Shown: positions 8,772 to 20,518, counted from the stretch's first letter. The stretch: 64,000 bases of DNA from an uncultured Alphaproteobacteria bacterium (GCA_963770985.1 CAVYRR010000009.1:87433-151432); one strand, 5' to 3'. The notes: a model not told the origin generated them from the sequence alone. Translations and numbers: made by a program.

Positions 8772-11700
8772 AACCCGCTTCGCGGAAGCGCACCGCGGCT
8801 TCCAGATCGACCGACACCAGTTGCGACACGCCGCGCTCGGCCATGGTGACGCCGTAGAGCCGGTTCATGCGCGCCATGGTGATCGGATTGTGGGTGATGA
8901 TCACGAAGCGCGTATCCGTCGACTTGGTCATCTCGTCAAGCAGGTCGCAGAAGCGCTCCACGTTGTGATCGTCGAGCGGCGCGTCCACCTCGTCCAGCAC
9001 GCAGATCGGCGCCGGATTGGTCAGGAACACCGCGAAGATCAGCGCCAGCGCGGTCAGCGCCTGCTCGCCGCCCGACAGCAGCGAGAGCGTCGAGGGCTTC
9101 TTGCCCGGGGGCTTGGCCATGATCTCGAGGCCGGCTTCGAGCGGATCGTCGCTTTCGATCAATTGCAATTCGGCGGTGCCGCCGCCGAACAACTTCGTGA
9201 ATAGGTGCTGGAAGTGCTTATTCACTTGTTCGAACGACAATAGCAGCCGCTCGCGCGCCTCGCGGTTGAGGCTCTGGATGCCCAGCCGCAGTTTCTTGAT
9301 CGCTTCCACCAGGTCGTCGCGTTCGGTGGTAAGGTTGGTGTGCTGGGTCTCGACCTCGCGCAACTCTTCCTCGGCGCGCAAGTTGACCGCGCCCAGCCGC
9401 TCGCGCTCGCGGCGCAGCCGTTCCAGCTTTTCTTCGATCGCGGCGAGTTCGGGCAGCGCCTCGCCCTCCTTGATCTCGGCCAAAGCCGCGACCGCGGAGG
9501 GTTCAATCTCCAGCATGTCGCGGATTTCACGGCCGATGTCGGCAAGCCGCCGCTTGGCGCCTTCGAAGCGCTCCTCGGCGCGGGCCAGTTCCTCGCGTGC
9601 GGCGGAGGCTGCTTCCAAAGCGGCGCGGGCGTCACGGTCGGCTTCGGAGAGCGCGTTCTCGGCCTCGGCCAGGCGATCCGCGCAGGCGCGCCGCGCCGTT
9701 TCCGCGTTCGAAACCTCGCCGATCAGGCCCTTGCGTTTCTCGGCGAAAATCTGCGGCGCGTTTTCGAGTTCCGCGCGGTCGCGCTTGGCCTCAGCAATGC
9801 GCTGGTCGAGGGTGACGATCTGGTTATGCGCGCCATCGCGGCGCTCGATCCAACCGGTCTTGTCGCTGGCAAGCGTTGTCAGGCGCTTATCGGCTAATTC
9901 CGCCTCGCGCACGATCGCCTGCTGCTCGGCGCACACTTCGGCGAGCGTGGCGCGCTTGGCCGTTATGTCGTCGCGCACGGCGGCAAGCTTGCTTTCAATT
10001 TTAGTGGCGGGCGCCAGCGCAGCCTGCGCGCGCTCGGCTTCTGCCTTGGCGGCGCTCGCCTCATCGCGGCTCGCGCTCAGGCGCGTGCGCGCCTCGGCCA
10101 GCGCCGAAAGTCGCGCCGCCTGACGGTTGAGGTCGCGTTCGCGCGCGCGCGTCTCGGTCTCAGCGTGGCCGGCGGCATCGAAAGCCGCTTGCGCGGCATC
10201 AAGCGCGCTGCGCTTGCCGTCGACCTCGGCACGGGCCGCCACCAATTCGCCGTCGATTTCGGCAAAGCGGCTGCGCTGCGCGAGACGCCGCGCCGCCCCG
10301 GTCGGCGCGTGCGCGGCTGCGACGTAGCCGTCCCAGCGCCAGAGATCGCCTTCGCGTGAAACCAGCCGCTGACCCGATTTGAGTACGGCGGCGAGCTTGG
10401 CTCCGGTCTCGCGATCGACCACGCCGATTTGCGCTAGCCGACGGGCGAGCTGTGCCGGCGCCTTCGCAAAGCGCGACAGCGGCTCGGCGCCCTTCGGCAA
10501 AGCCGGATCGCTGGCGTCCTTTGCCATAGTCGACCAGTGCATCGGCGCCGAGGCATCGGTCGGCGCGTCGAGATCGTCGCCGAGCGCTGCGCCCAGCGCC
10601 TTCTCGTAGCCTTTGTCGACTGAGACATGGTCGATCACCGGCGGCCAAAGGTTGCGCGTTTCCAGCGCGAGCATCTGGCCGAGCGTCTTGGCCTCGGTCT
10701 CCAGTCGCTGCACGCGCTTTTCGGATTCGCTCAAAGCGGTGCGTGCGGTTTCTAGATCCGCTCGCGCATTGTTGTGCGCGGCCTCGGCGGCGACCGCGGC
10801 AGCTTCCGCCTCGGTCAGCGCGGCCTGCGCGCCTTCGACTGCGGCGGTGAGCGGGGCATGGTCGACGCTCTTCAGCGTGGCCAATTCGCGTTCGATCTCC
10901 GCGATCTCACCGGCGATGCGCGCGATGCGTTCGCCTTGCTCGCGCGCGGCGTTCTCGAACTGATGGCGCTGCGCGCTGAGATCGGCGAGCGCGGTGGTCA
11001 AGTCGGAGAAAATCTTCTCGGCGGCGGTGAGTTCGCCGTCGGCCGTCGCCACTTTGGCGTCGACGCCGCTGCGGCGGCCGGCGCTTTCGCGCGCTTCCTT
11101 GCGGATGGTTTCTTCCTCGGCGGCGAGCCGCGCCAATGCCGCTTCGGCGTCGGCGGCGAGCTTCTTCTCGCGTTCGCCGTCGGCGGCGAATTGCACTAGC
11201 CGCAGGTCGAGTTCTGCGATGCGGTCCTTAGCGCGCGCTTCCTCGCGGTCGAGGTCCTGCAGTGCGACGTTGAGCCGGTGCAGCGCGGCGCCGGCGCGCG
11301 CCTCGGCCTCGCGCAGTTCGGGCAGCGCGGCGGAGGCCAACGCTTGGCGCTTGGAAGCTTCGGCTTCGGCGCCCACGCGAGCCGCGACTTCACGCACACA
11401 GACGTCCTTGGCGTGCTCGGCTTCCGCGACGTCGCCGGTCGCGGCGGTCCAGCGCAGATGGTAGAGCGTCGCCTCCGACTTGCGTACTTGCGCCGACACT
11501 GTGCGATAGCGGATCGCCTGGCGCGCCTGCTTCTTCAGCCCGTCGACCTGGGCGGCGAGCTGGCCGATGACGTCCTCGATCCGCAGCAGGTTGGTTTCCG
11601 CCGCCTTCAGCCGCAGTTCCGCCTCATGCCGGCGCGCATGCAGGCCGGCGACGCCGGCGGCTTCCTCCAGCACGCGGCGGCGCTGCTCGGGCTTGGCCTG

Positions 11701-12159
11701 GATGATCTCGCCGATGCGGCCCTGGTGGACCAAGGCGGGCGAGCGCGCGCCGGTGGAGGCGTCGGCGAACAGGATCTGCACGTCGCGGGCGCGCACCTCG
11801 CGGCCGTTGATGCGGTAGGTGGAGCCGGCTTCGCGTTCGATGCGCCGCGCGATGTCGATGGAGTCGGAGTCGTTGAATGCCGACGGCGCCGAGCGTTCGG
11901 CATTGTCGATCGAAATTCCGACCTCGGCATTGTTACGCGCCGGGCGGTTATTGGTGCCGGAGAAGATCACCTCGTCCATCGAGGAGGCGCGCATGGATTT
12001 GTAGGAGGACTCGCCCATCACCCAGCGCAGCGCCTCGACCAGATTGGATTTGCCGCAGCCGTTCGGCCCGACCACGCCGGTCAGCCCCGGTTCGATCAGG
12101 AAATCGGTCGGCTCGACGAACGACTTGAACCCGAGCAGGCGCAGCCGCGTAAGCTTCAT
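8770..12159 (-). CDS. smc: chromosome segregation protein SMC
   Basis: GFKSF, Walker A GPNGCGKSN, long coiled coils, LSGGE signature, LDEVDAPLD. Confidence 0.98.
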   Translation of the reverse strand: MKLTRLRLLGFKSFVEPTDFLIEPGLTGVVGPNGCGKSNLVEALRWVMGESSYKSMRASSMDEVIFSGTNNRPARNNAEVGISIDNAERSAPSAFNDSDSIDIARRIEREAGSTYRINGREVRARDVQILFADASTGARSPALVHQGRIGEIIQAKPEQRRRVLEEAAGVAGLHARRHEAELRLKAAETNLLRIEDVIGQLAAQVDGLKKQARQAIRYRTVSAQVRKSEATLYHLRWTAATGDVAEAEHAKDVCVREVAARVGAEAEASKRQALASAALPELREAEARAGAALHRLNVALQDLDREEARAKDRIAELDLRLVQFAADGEREKKLAADAEAALARLAAEEETIRKEARESAGRRSGVDAKVATADGELTAAEKIFSDLTTALADLSAQRHQFENAAREQGERIARIAGEIAEIERELATLKSVDHAPLTAAVEGAQAALTEAEAAAVAAEAAHNNARADLETARTALSESEKRVQRLETEAKTLGQMLALETRNLWPPVIDHVSVDKGYEKALGAALGDDLDAPTDASAPMHWSTMAKDASDPALPKGAEPLSRFAKAPAQLARRLAQIGVVDRETGAKLAAVLKSGQRLVSREGDLWRWDGYVAAAHAPTGAARRLAQRSRFAEIDGELVAARAEVDGKRSALDAAQAAFDAAGHAETETRARERDLNRQAARLSALAEARTRLSASRDEASAAKAEAERAQAALAPATKIESKLAAVRDDITAKRATLAEVCAEQQAIVREAELADKRLTTLASDKTGWIERRDGAHNQIVTLDQRIAEAKRDRAELENAPQIFAEKRKGLIGEVSNAETARRACADRLAEAENALSEADRDARAALEAASAAREELARAEERFEGAKRRLADIGREIRDMLEIEPSAVAALAEIKEGEALPELAAIEEKLERLRRERERLGAVNLRAEEELREVETQHTNLTTERDDLVEAIKKLRLGIQSLNREARERLLLSFEQVNKHFQHLFTKLFGGGTAELQLIESDDPLEAGLEIMAKPPGKKPSTLSLLSGGEQALTALALIFAVFLTNPAPICVLDEVDAPLDDHNVERFCDLLDEMTKSTDTRFVIITHNPITMARMNRLYGVTMAERGVSQLVSVDLEAAVRFREAG

Positions 12160-12372
12160 GGTTCAGGCCTCGAAATTTTTTGCAGAATCGCTAATCCTGT
12201 CCGGGGGATAGCCCCGAAGGCTGGTCAGCTTGTGCCGCATCGGCGGGAGAATGAATCGCCGCGCTCGCTTGAGCAACAGCGCATCGGCGGACAAGCGTGG
12301 TTTTCCAGACCTTTCGGGCCGGCCGGGGTCTAAAATGGCGTTGCGCGGAACCCGCGCCGGGCGAAAAAACCC

Positions 12373-13046
12373 TTATCCGCCCTTGAGATAGGGGTCGATC
12401 ACCTTGGCAAAATCCTCGATCGAGACCGCGCCGTCAACCTTCGTTCCATTGACGAAAAATGTTGGGGTCGACTCTACCTTGAACTCCTTCATGGCGCGCT
12501 GACGCACGCTTTCCATGGCGTCCCAGGCCTTCTGATTCGTCAGACAGGCGTTGAAATCCTGCTCGGTGAGGCCGGCTTGCTTGGCGATCGCCATCAGCGG
12601 GGGGACCGGTTTTTCGACCGCCCAGGTCCGCTGCTGGGCGGAACAAGGTGTCGATCATGGAATAGTATTTGTCCTTGTCGTCCTTGGCGGCGCAATGCGC
12701 GAGCACGAAGGCGGCGCCCGCCAGACTATCGAGCGGGAAATCGCGCAGGATGTAGCGGACCTTGCCGGTGTCGATGTAGCGCTTCTTGAGTTCCGGGAAT
12801 GTCGTTTCCTGGAAGTGCGCGCAATGCGGGCAGGTCATCGAGGCGTATTCGATGATGGTGACCGGCGCCTTGTCGTCGCCCAAGGCGAGGTCCGGCTGCG
12901 CATCCGGTTTCATCAGGTCGGCGACCGGAGACGTTTGCCGCCAGCGCCTGGCCGGGGAAAGGCGGCAGCGTGGAGACACCGAGCACGGCAAGGCTAAGCG
13001 CGACAGTGGCGGTGCTCAGGCAAAATTCGCGTCGGGTGATATGCAA
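12373..13046 (-). CDS. dsbA: DsbA family thiol:disulfide oxidoreductase (two apparent frameshifts)
   Basis: Tat-like ITRREF leader, EYASMTCPHCAHF, STPTFFVNG across three frames; shifts near 12926 and 12638. Confidence 0.88.
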
Positions 13047-13147
13047 CTGAAACTCCGTTGGCTTTTGGCTACGCCGAATGCGCGATGGCTAGCTGGATAC
13101 GGTAATTGTGGCAATGGCGAGCCGTCCTGCCAAGGTGGCGGGAAGGC

Positions 13148-13642
13148 TCAATTTCGCTTGATGGCGGCGCCCAGGCGGGCGAGCGCCTGGCGCAAATCCT
13201 CGTCTTCGACGGCTGGCAGGCTTGCCGCGATGCGAGCGGCGATTTCCGGGTCGAGCGGCGGTGGCCGGGTAGGCGGCTCGCGCCGGCGCAGCGGGGCCTG
13301 GCGCAAGGCGATGCGGCCGATCGCCTGCCAGCCGAAGAAACGGTTGACCCGTTCCAGGATCACCGCCGACAAATGCTGGATTTCGAGCGCCGCCGGGCCT
13401 TCCACCCGCAGCACCAAAGTGGCCGGTTCGGCGACCCCGTCGTCTAGGTCCCCGGAAGGATTGGCGCGCGGCCAGGCGATCTTCATCGGCTCGCTGTGGG
13501 CGGCGATTTCTGCGCCGACGATATCGGCCCAGCGCGCGATGATCTCGGTCGAGGCGAAGCCCTGCGCCTTGAGGCTGTCGCTCAAGGTCGCGCCCGTGAA
13601 ATCCGAAAGCGGGCGGGGAAAACTGCGCGAAGGGTTGCTCAT
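13148..13642 (-). CDS. DUF721 / DciA family protein
   Basis: RWADIVG, ATLVLRVEGPAALEIQH, RVNRFFGW; usual mutY-divergent position before dsbA-smc. Confidence 0.88.
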   Translation of the reverse strand: MSNPSRSFPRPLSDFTGATLSDSLKAQGFASTEIIARWADIVGAEIAAHSEPMKIAWPRANPSGDLDDGVAEPATLVLRVEGPAALEIQHLSAVILERVNRFFGWQAIGRIALRQAPLRRREPPTRPPPLDPEIAARIAASLPAVEDEDLRQALARLGAAIKRN

Positions 13643-13672
13643 AGAGGTGGCTCTCATGCCATCTTTGGCGCC

Positions 13673-14770
13673 ATGAGCGTAGCAGTCCGATTGCCTCGGC
13701 GGAAGAAAGCCTTGAATGCGCCGGAGTCGGCCGATTTGCTGGCCTGGTACGACCGCCACCGCCGCGTGCTGCCCTGGCGCGCGCGCCGCGGCGAGCAAAG
13801 CGACCCCTATCGGGTCTGGCTGTCGGAAATCATGCTGCAGCAAACGACCGTGAAGGTGGTCGCATCCTACTATGCCAAGTTTCTGGCGCGCTGGCCGACG
13901 GTCGAGGCGCTCGCGCAGGCGAGCCTCGACGACGTGCTGCGGGCCTGGGCCGGTCTTGGCTATTACGCCCGCGCCCGCAATTTGCACGCCTGCGCGAACG
14001 CCGTGGTCGAGCGCCATGGCGGGAAATTCCCGGCGAGCCTCGAACGCTTGCGCGCGCTGCCCGGCATCGGCGACTACACCGCCGCCGCGGTGGCGGCGAT
14101 CGCGTTCGATGCGCCCGCGGTGCCGGTCGACGGCAATGTCGAGCGGGTGGTGACGCGGCTGTTCGCCGTCGAGGACGTATTGCCTGCGGCGAAACCGGAG
14201 ATCAAGCAGCTGGCGGCGTCATTGCTGCCGCCGCGCCGCGCCGGCGATTTCGCGCAAGCGCTGATGGACCTTGGCGCCACGGTTTGTTCGCCCAAACGTC
14301 CCGCCTGCACCCTGTGTCCGTGGAACGAGTCGTGTCTCGCGTTTGAGCGCGGCGACCAGGAGACCTTCCCGCGCAAGGCGCCCAAGCGCGAAGGCAAATT
14401 GCGGCTCGGTGCAGCATACGTCGCCGTGCGCGCCGACGGCCGCGTGCTGCTGCGCACGCGTCCGGAAAAGGGACTGCTCGGCGCCATGACCGAAGTGCCG
14501 GGCAGCGATTGGGCGCATGATTTCGATTTGAAAACTGCGCTTCGCTACGCGCCGTCATTTCGCACGAAAGCACGATGGCGCAAGCTGCCCGGCGTCGTGC
14601 GCCATGTGTTCACGCATTTTCCGCTCGAGCTCATTGTATTCATCGCTGGCGTTCCGCGCGCCACGCGCGCGCCCAAAGACGCACGTTGGGTGAAGCTCAC
14701 GGATTTGCCGGGCGAAGCCTTGCCGAACGTGATGCGCAAGGTGCTGGCGCATGCGCATAGAAACCAATGA
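13673..14770 (+). CDS. mutY: A/G-specific adenine glycosylase
   Basis: VWLSEIMLQQT, GLGYYARARNLH, HhH LPGIGDYT, VDGNVERV, Fe-S motif CSPKRPACTLCPWNESC. Confidence 0.97.
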   Translation: MSVAVRLPRRKKALNAPESADLLAWYDRHRRVLPWRARRGEQSDPYRVWLSEIMLQQTTVKVVASYYAKFLARWPTVEALAQASLDDVLRAWAGLGYYARARNLHACANAVVERHGGKFPASLERLRALPGIGDYTAAAVAAIAFDAPAVPVDGNVERVVTRLFAVEDVLPAAKPEIKQLAASLLPPRRAGDFAQALMDLGATVCSPKRPACTLCPWNESCLAFERGDQETFPRKAPKREGKLRLGAAYVAVRADGRVLLRTRPEKGLLGAMTEVPGSDWAHDFDLKTALRYAPSFRTKARWRKLPGVVRHVFTHFPLELIVFIAGVPRATRAPKDARWVKLTDLPGEALPNVMRKVLAHAHRNQ

Positions 14771-14789
14771 CCAACCAAGGGAGAACGCC

Positions 14790-15144
14790 ATGAAAATCGA
14801 ACGTCACGGAAGTCGCCGCCCGCATGAGCCAGAGTCGTCGTGCACGGCGACACCGTCTATCTCGCCGGTATTGTTGCGCATGATCAACGAAGGGCAAAGG
14901 CGTGACCGAGCAGACCAAGGAATATCCTCGCCCAGATCGACGACTTTCTGGCGCAGGCCGGAACCGACAAATCAAGTTGCTGTCGGCCAATATCTGGATC
15001 ACCGACATGGCTAATTTCGCCGAGATGAACGCGGTCTGGGATGCCTGGGTGTCGCCCGGTAACACGCCGGCGCGCGCCATGGTCGAGGCCAAGTTCGCTA
15101 CGCCCGACTACAAGATCGAGATTATGGTGGTGGCGGGGAAGTAA
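14790..15144 (+). CDS. RidA/YoaB family protein (multiple apparent frameshifts)
   Basis: C-terminus ANIWITDMANFAEMNAVWDAWV...PARAMVEAK...KIEIMVVA; N-terminal segments (VHGDTVYLAG, AQIDDFLAQAG) in other frames. Confidence 0.85.
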
Positions 15145-15210
15145 CGGCGCTATCCCGCGCCGGCCCACTTCGATAAACTGCGGTGTGGATTTTATTCAAG
15201 GAGGCGTTCG

Positions 15211-15525
15211 ATGATTGTAACTATCGTCACGTTTCACCTCGCGAAGCCAGCGACTATGGCCGAAATCACCAAGACATTTCAGGCCACGGCCCCGAAATAT
15301 CAGGGCATGGCCGGTTTGCTGCGCAAAAATTATTGGATGAGTGAAGACGGCTGCCGCGCCGGCGGCATTTATGTCTGGTCTTCGCGCGCCGACGCCGATC
15401 GTATCTACACGCCGGAATGGAAAAAGTTCGTCGAGGGCAAATACGGTACGCCGCCGGATATCGAATATCTTCACTCGCCGGTCATGGTCGACAATCGCGA
15501 GGGAACAATCAGCGTCGCCGCATGA
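15211..15525 (+). CDS. YdhR-like putative monooxygenase (dimeric alpha/beta barrel)
   Basis: GLLRKNYW...AGGIYVW pattern; RBS AGGAGG. Confidence 0.75.
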   Translation: MIVTIVTFHLAKPATMAEITKTFQATAPKYQGMAGLLRKNYWMSEDGCRAGGIYVWSSRADADRIYTPEWKKFVEGKYGTPPDIEYLHSPVMVDNREGTISVAA

Positions 15526-15548
15526 GCAAGCCGCAGTAGGCCGACGCG

Positions 15549-16193
15549 ATGGCGACACAGCAACACGGCATCCTGGCGATCTGGAACGATTGCCGTGCCG
15601 GCCGCGAGGCTGAATTCGAGGCATGGTTCCAGGGCGAGCATCTGCAGGAGCGGCTGGCCGTGCCCGGCTTCCTGTTCGGACGGCGGCATGCGGCGCTGTC
15701 CGGCTCGCCGGCCTATTTCAATTTCTATCTGGTGGAATCGCCGGCGGTGCTGACGTCGAAGCCCTATCTGGAACGGCTCGACAATCCGACGCCGATGACC
15801 AAGAAGATCATGTCGGAGGTGTTCCTCAACATGAACCGCACGGTGTGCCACCGCACCGCCCGGCGCGGCGCATTTCGCGGCGCCTACGCCGTCACGGTAC
15901 GGTTCAACGATCAGCCGGACGTTGGTGCGCTCACATCGCTCGCCGAAACACTGGTGAAGGACGCGGGCGTTGCATCTTGCGAAATCTGGACCGCGGTCGA
16001 TCCCGTCGGCCAACCGGTGTCGATGGAAGAAAAGCTACGCGGCGGCGACAAGAAAATCAAAGCGTGCCTGATGGTCGATACGCTGCGCCGGAGCAATGCC
16101 GCGAAGCTCGCAGAACGTCTGTCGAAAGATTTTGCCGGCGCGGAAACAGTCGTGTTCCGCGTGCTCTGCCACCTCGGAAACGGAGCGGCCTGA
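15549..16193 (+). CDS. hypothetical protein (DUF4286/EthD-like barrel)
   Basis: EFEAWFQGEHLQERLAVPGF, YLERLDNPTP. Confidence 0.7.
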   Translation: MATQQHGILAIWNDCRAGREAEFEAWFQGEHLQERLAVPGFLFGRRHAALSGSPAYFNFYLVESPAVLTSKPYLERLDNPTPMTKKIMSEVFLNMNRTVCHRTARRGAFRGAYAVTVRFNDQPDVGALTSLAETLVKDAGVASCEIWTAVDPVGQPVSMEEKLRGGDKKIKACLMVDTLRRSNAAKLAERLSKDFAGAETVVFRVLCHLGNGAA

Positions 16194-16196
16194 ATC

Positions 16197-16685
16197 ATGC
16201 GATCACTGCTGCCGATCGCAGAAAAAATAGCGGCGCGTTTGATCGAGCGCCGCGAAACAATCGCCATTGCCGAGTCCTCGACCGGCGGCCTCATTGCTGC
16301 AGCTTTGCTCGCTGTGCCCGGGGCTTCCGCCTATTTTGTCGGCGGCGCGGTGATCTATACCAAGGTCGCGAGGTCGGCGCTGCTCGGCATCGGCGATTCC
16401 GACATGGCGGGCATCAGGCCCGCGACCGAGACGTATTCGTTGTTGATCGCCCGGCGCGTGCGCGAGCGGCATGGCGCGACCTGGGGTCTTGGCGAAACCG
16501 GCGCGACCGGCCCCAAGGGCAATCGCTATGGAGACGCGGCGGGCCATTCGTGCATGGCGGTCGTCGGTCCGACTGAACGCTCGATCGCGCTGGAAACTGG
16601 CAGCACTGACCGGCGCGCGAATATGGATGCTTTTGCGAAACGCGCGCTGGAACTGCTTGCCGAGGCGATTGCCGCCAAGACTTGA
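16197..16685 (+). CDS. CinA C-terminal / PncC-like protein
   Basis: AIAESSTGGLI, PGASAYFVGG, ETGATGP. Confidence 0.88.
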   Translation: MRSLLPIAEKIAARLIERRETIAIAESSTGGLIAAALLAVPGASAYFVGGAVIYTKVARSALLGIGDSDMAGIRPATETYSLLIARRVRERHGATWGLGETGATGPKGNRYGDAAGHSCMAVVGPTERSIALETGSTDRRANMDAFAKRALELLAEAIAAKT

Positions 16686-16690
16686 AGCAG

Positions 16691-17829
<1,139 letters not shown>

Positions 17830-17956
17830 TCAGGACTCTGACTCAGGTGACGCGGTCGGCGACGCGGGACCTACAACCGACAGGCCTGCATCATGTCCGC
17901 TCAAGGTGAAGAAACGGTTTATCGGCCGCACTTCCGACTGGGCAAATTCTGCCTAT

Positions 17957-17971
17957 TTAACCGAGGCTTAA
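17957..17971. promoter_or_regulatory. CtrA box upstream of ccrM
   Basis: Perfect TTAA-ccgaggc-TTAA. Confidence 0.85.
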
Positions 17972-18060
17972 TCGATGGAGGCGGCGGCGAAACTGCGCGC
18001 GGTTGGACGCCAGCGCGCGCTTCAGTAATGATCCGCCGCAACAAACGGGAGACGTATTGA

Positions 18061-18978
18061 ATGCGTTGGGACGATTTCCGCCGCAGCGACAATATCGAGG
18101 ACGATCGCGGTTCCGGCGGCGGATTCGGCGGCGGCGGTTTCGGATTTCCGGTCGGCGGCGGCGGGCTCGGCATTGGAACCGTGATCGTGCTCGGCCTGAT
18201 CGGCTGGGCGACCGGCATCGATCCGAGCATTTTGATCGGCGGCGCGGAAATGGTCAGCCGCGGAGGTTCCCAATACCAGCAGCCTTACCGGCAGGCCCCG
18301 CGGCGCACCGGAACCCCATCCGACCAGACCGGCCAGTTCGTCGCCGCCGTGCTCGGCAATACCGAGGATACCTGGGGCGAAATCTTCCGCGCCGGCGGAC
18401 AGCAATACCGTCCGCCGCGGTTGCGGCTGTTCACAGATTCGGAGCAGGGCGGCTGCGGCTTCGCGCAGGCCGCGATGGGGCCGTTTTATTGTCCGACCGA
18501 CCGGCGCATCTATCTCGACACGTCTTTTTTTCGTGAGATCGAAACGCGCTTTCGCGGTTGCCAAGGCAACGCCTGCAAATTCTCGCAGGCTTATGTGATC
18601 GCGCACGAGGTCGGCCACCACGTGCAGAACCTGCTTGGCACTTTGCCGAAAGCGCAGGCCGCGCAACGGGCCGCCGGCAGCAAGGCGGCGGCCAACCGCA
18701 TCCAGGTGCGCGTGGAATTGCAGGCGGACTGCTACGCCGGCGTCTGGGCGAACCATTCCGAGCAACGCAAGCAGTTTCTCGATCCCGGCGACATCGACGC
18801 GGCGTTGCAGACCGCCAGCGCGATCGGCGACGACACGCTGCAGAAGCGCGCACAGGGGCGCGTCGTGCCGGATGCCTTTACCCACGGCTCGGCCGAGCAG
18901 CGCAAACGCTGGTTCACCACCGGCTTCACGCAAGGCAAATTGTCGTCCTGCGACACCTTTGCGGCGGCGCAGCTCTAA
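18061..18978 (+). CDS. neutral zinc metallopeptidase (YpfJ-like)
   Basis: RRSDNIED, GPFYCP, AHEVGHHVQ, ELQADCYAG, FTHGS. Confidence 0.92.
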   Translation: MRWDDFRRSDNIEDDRGSGGGFGGGGFGFPVGGGGLGIGTVIVLGLIGWATGIDPSILIGGAEMVSRGGSQYQQPYRQAPRRTGTPSDQTGQFVAAVLGNTEDTWGEIFRAGGQQYRPPRLRLFTDSEQGGCGFAQAAMGPFYCPTDRRIYLDTSFFREIETRFRGCQGNACKFSQAYVIAHEVGHHVQNLLGTLPKAQAAQRAAGSKAAANRIQVRVELQADCYAGVWANHSEQRKQFLDPGDIDAALQTASAIGDDTLQKRAQGRVVPDAFTHGSAEQRKRWFTTGFTQGKLSSCDTFAAAQL

Positions 18979-18989
18979 GGAAACGCACC

Positions 18990-19553
18990 ATGCCCGGCAT
19001 CGACGAGACCCGACAATTCGTGCCGCTGAAGATCGCGGTGCTCACGGTGTCCGACACGCGCGAGCGCGCCGACGACAAATCCGGCACGCTGCTGGTGGAG
19101 CGCATCCGCGCCGCCGGCCATACGCTCGCCGAGCGATCGATCGTCAAGGACGAGGTGAAGGCGATCCGTCAGCGCGTGAAGGACTGGATCGTGGACAAGT
19201 TCATCGACGTGGTGATCACCACCGGCGGCACGGGGTTTACCGGGCGCGATGTGACGCCGGAGGCGGTCGAGCCGCTGTTCGAGAAAAAGATGGACGGCTT
19301 CTCAACGATGTTCCTGCTGGTGAGCGAAAAGAAGATCGGCACCTCGGCGATCCAGACCCGCGCCACTGCCGGCGTCGCCAACGCGACCTATATTTTCTGC
19401 CTGCCGGGCTCGCCCGGCGCCTGCAAGGACGCCTGGGACGAGATCCTGGTGCACCAGCTCGACTATCGCTACCGGCCGTGCAATTTCGTGGAGATCCTGC
19501 CGCGGCTCGACGAGCATCTGCGGCGGCCGAAGGCGAAAGGGGCTACCGCCTAG
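18990..19553 (+). CDS. moaB: molybdenum cofactor biosynthesis protein B
   Basis: IAVLTVSDTR, TTGGTGFTGRDVTPEA, LPGSPGAC, RPCNF. Confidence 0.95.
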   Translation: MPGIDETRQFVPLKIAVLTVSDTRERADDKSGTLLVERIRAAGHTLAERSIVKDEVKAIRQRVKDWIVDKFIDVVITTGGTGFTGRDVTPEAVEPLFEKKMDGFSTMFLLVSEKKIGTSAIQTRATAGVANATYIFCLPGSPGACKDAWDEILVHQLDYRYRPCNFVEILPRLDEHLRRPKAKGATA

Positions 19554-20480
19554 TTACAATTCTAGATCCCAATACTCGGCAACGACATCCTTGCCCCAGG
19601 TGTGGCGTTTCTCGCTCGAGGTGAGCGTAAAGCCGGCCTTTTCATAACAATGCCGCGCAGCAGTGAGAATGCTGTGGGTCCACAGGGTGACTTTCTTGTA
19701 GCCGCGCTCGCGCGCGAACTTGACGCATTCGTCGGTCAACCGCATGCCAAGGCCGAGCCCGCGCGCCTTCGGGTCGACCAGCAGTAGGCGGATGCGCGCG
19801 ACTTCGTCGGAATCCTTCACCAGCATCACGGTGCCGACATTCTCGCCGTTCATCTCCGCGATCCAGCAGCGCTCGCGCTCGGCGTCGTAGTTATTGACGA
19901 AATCGGCGACGATCTGCGCGCACAGGCCTTCGAACGGTTCGGTCCAACCATACTCCTGGGCGTAGAGCTCGGCGTGGCGGGAAACGATCCAGCCGAAATC
20001 GCCGTGGCGCGGTTGGCGCAGAATGTATTCGGACTTGGCGCGCGGCGCATTCCCGCCGAGCAAAGTTTCGATCGTCTGCATGGCCGCGATCAGCTTGATC
20101 TGTTCGTTGCTGCCGAGCTTGCCGAGCATTTCGGCGACGTCGCGCTGCGAGCGCTGCTCGGCCGGCGCGAAGGCCTTCCTCCCGCGCGCGGTCAGCATGA
20201 GATGGCTCTGGCGCGCGTCCTTGGCCGAAGCCTTGCGGGTGATCAGCCCGCGCTTCTCGAAATTGCGCAGCACGCGGCTCAAATAGCCGGCGTCGAGGTC
20301 GAGCGCGCGGCCGATGTCGCTCGCGGTCGCCCCCGATCCGTGGGCGATTTCGTAAAGCACGCGCATTTCCCCCAAAGAATAGGGGCTGTCGAGATAAGTC
20401 TTGCGCAGCACGCCGATCTGCCGCGTGTAGAAGCGGTTGAAGCGGCGCACCGCGGCGGTGCGTTGCTGGATCGCCGTCAT
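19554..20480 (-). CDS. bifunctional MarR-HTH / GNAT acetyltransferase
   Basis: VRRFNRFYT, LDAGYLSR winged helix; C-terminal LLVDPKARGLGLG GNAT motif. Confidence 0.93.
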   Translation of the reverse strand: MTAIQQRTAAVRRFNRFYTRQIGVLRKTYLDSPYSLGEMRVLYEIAHGSGATASDIGRALDLDAGYLSRVLRNFEKRGLITRKASAKDARQSHLMLTARGRKAFAPAEQRSQRDVAEMLGKLGSNEQIKLIAAMQTIETLLGGNAPRAKSEYILRQPRHGDFGWIVSRHAELYAQEYGWTEPFEGLCAQIVADFVNNYDAERERCWIAEMNGENVGTVMLVKDSDEVARIRLLLVDPKARGLGLGMRLTDECVKFARERGYKKVTLWTHSILTAARHCYEKAGFTLTSSEKRHTWGKDVVAEYWDLEL

Positions 20481-20499
20481 CGGGACAGCGTCGGCGAAT

Positions 20500-20518
20500 T
20501 ACTTGACTAAGTCAAGTA
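20500..20518. promoter_or_regulatory. palindromic operator upstream of the MarR-GNAT gene
   Basis: Perfect inverted repeat TACTTGACT-A-AGTCAAGTA about 20 bp before the start codon. Confidence 0.7.
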
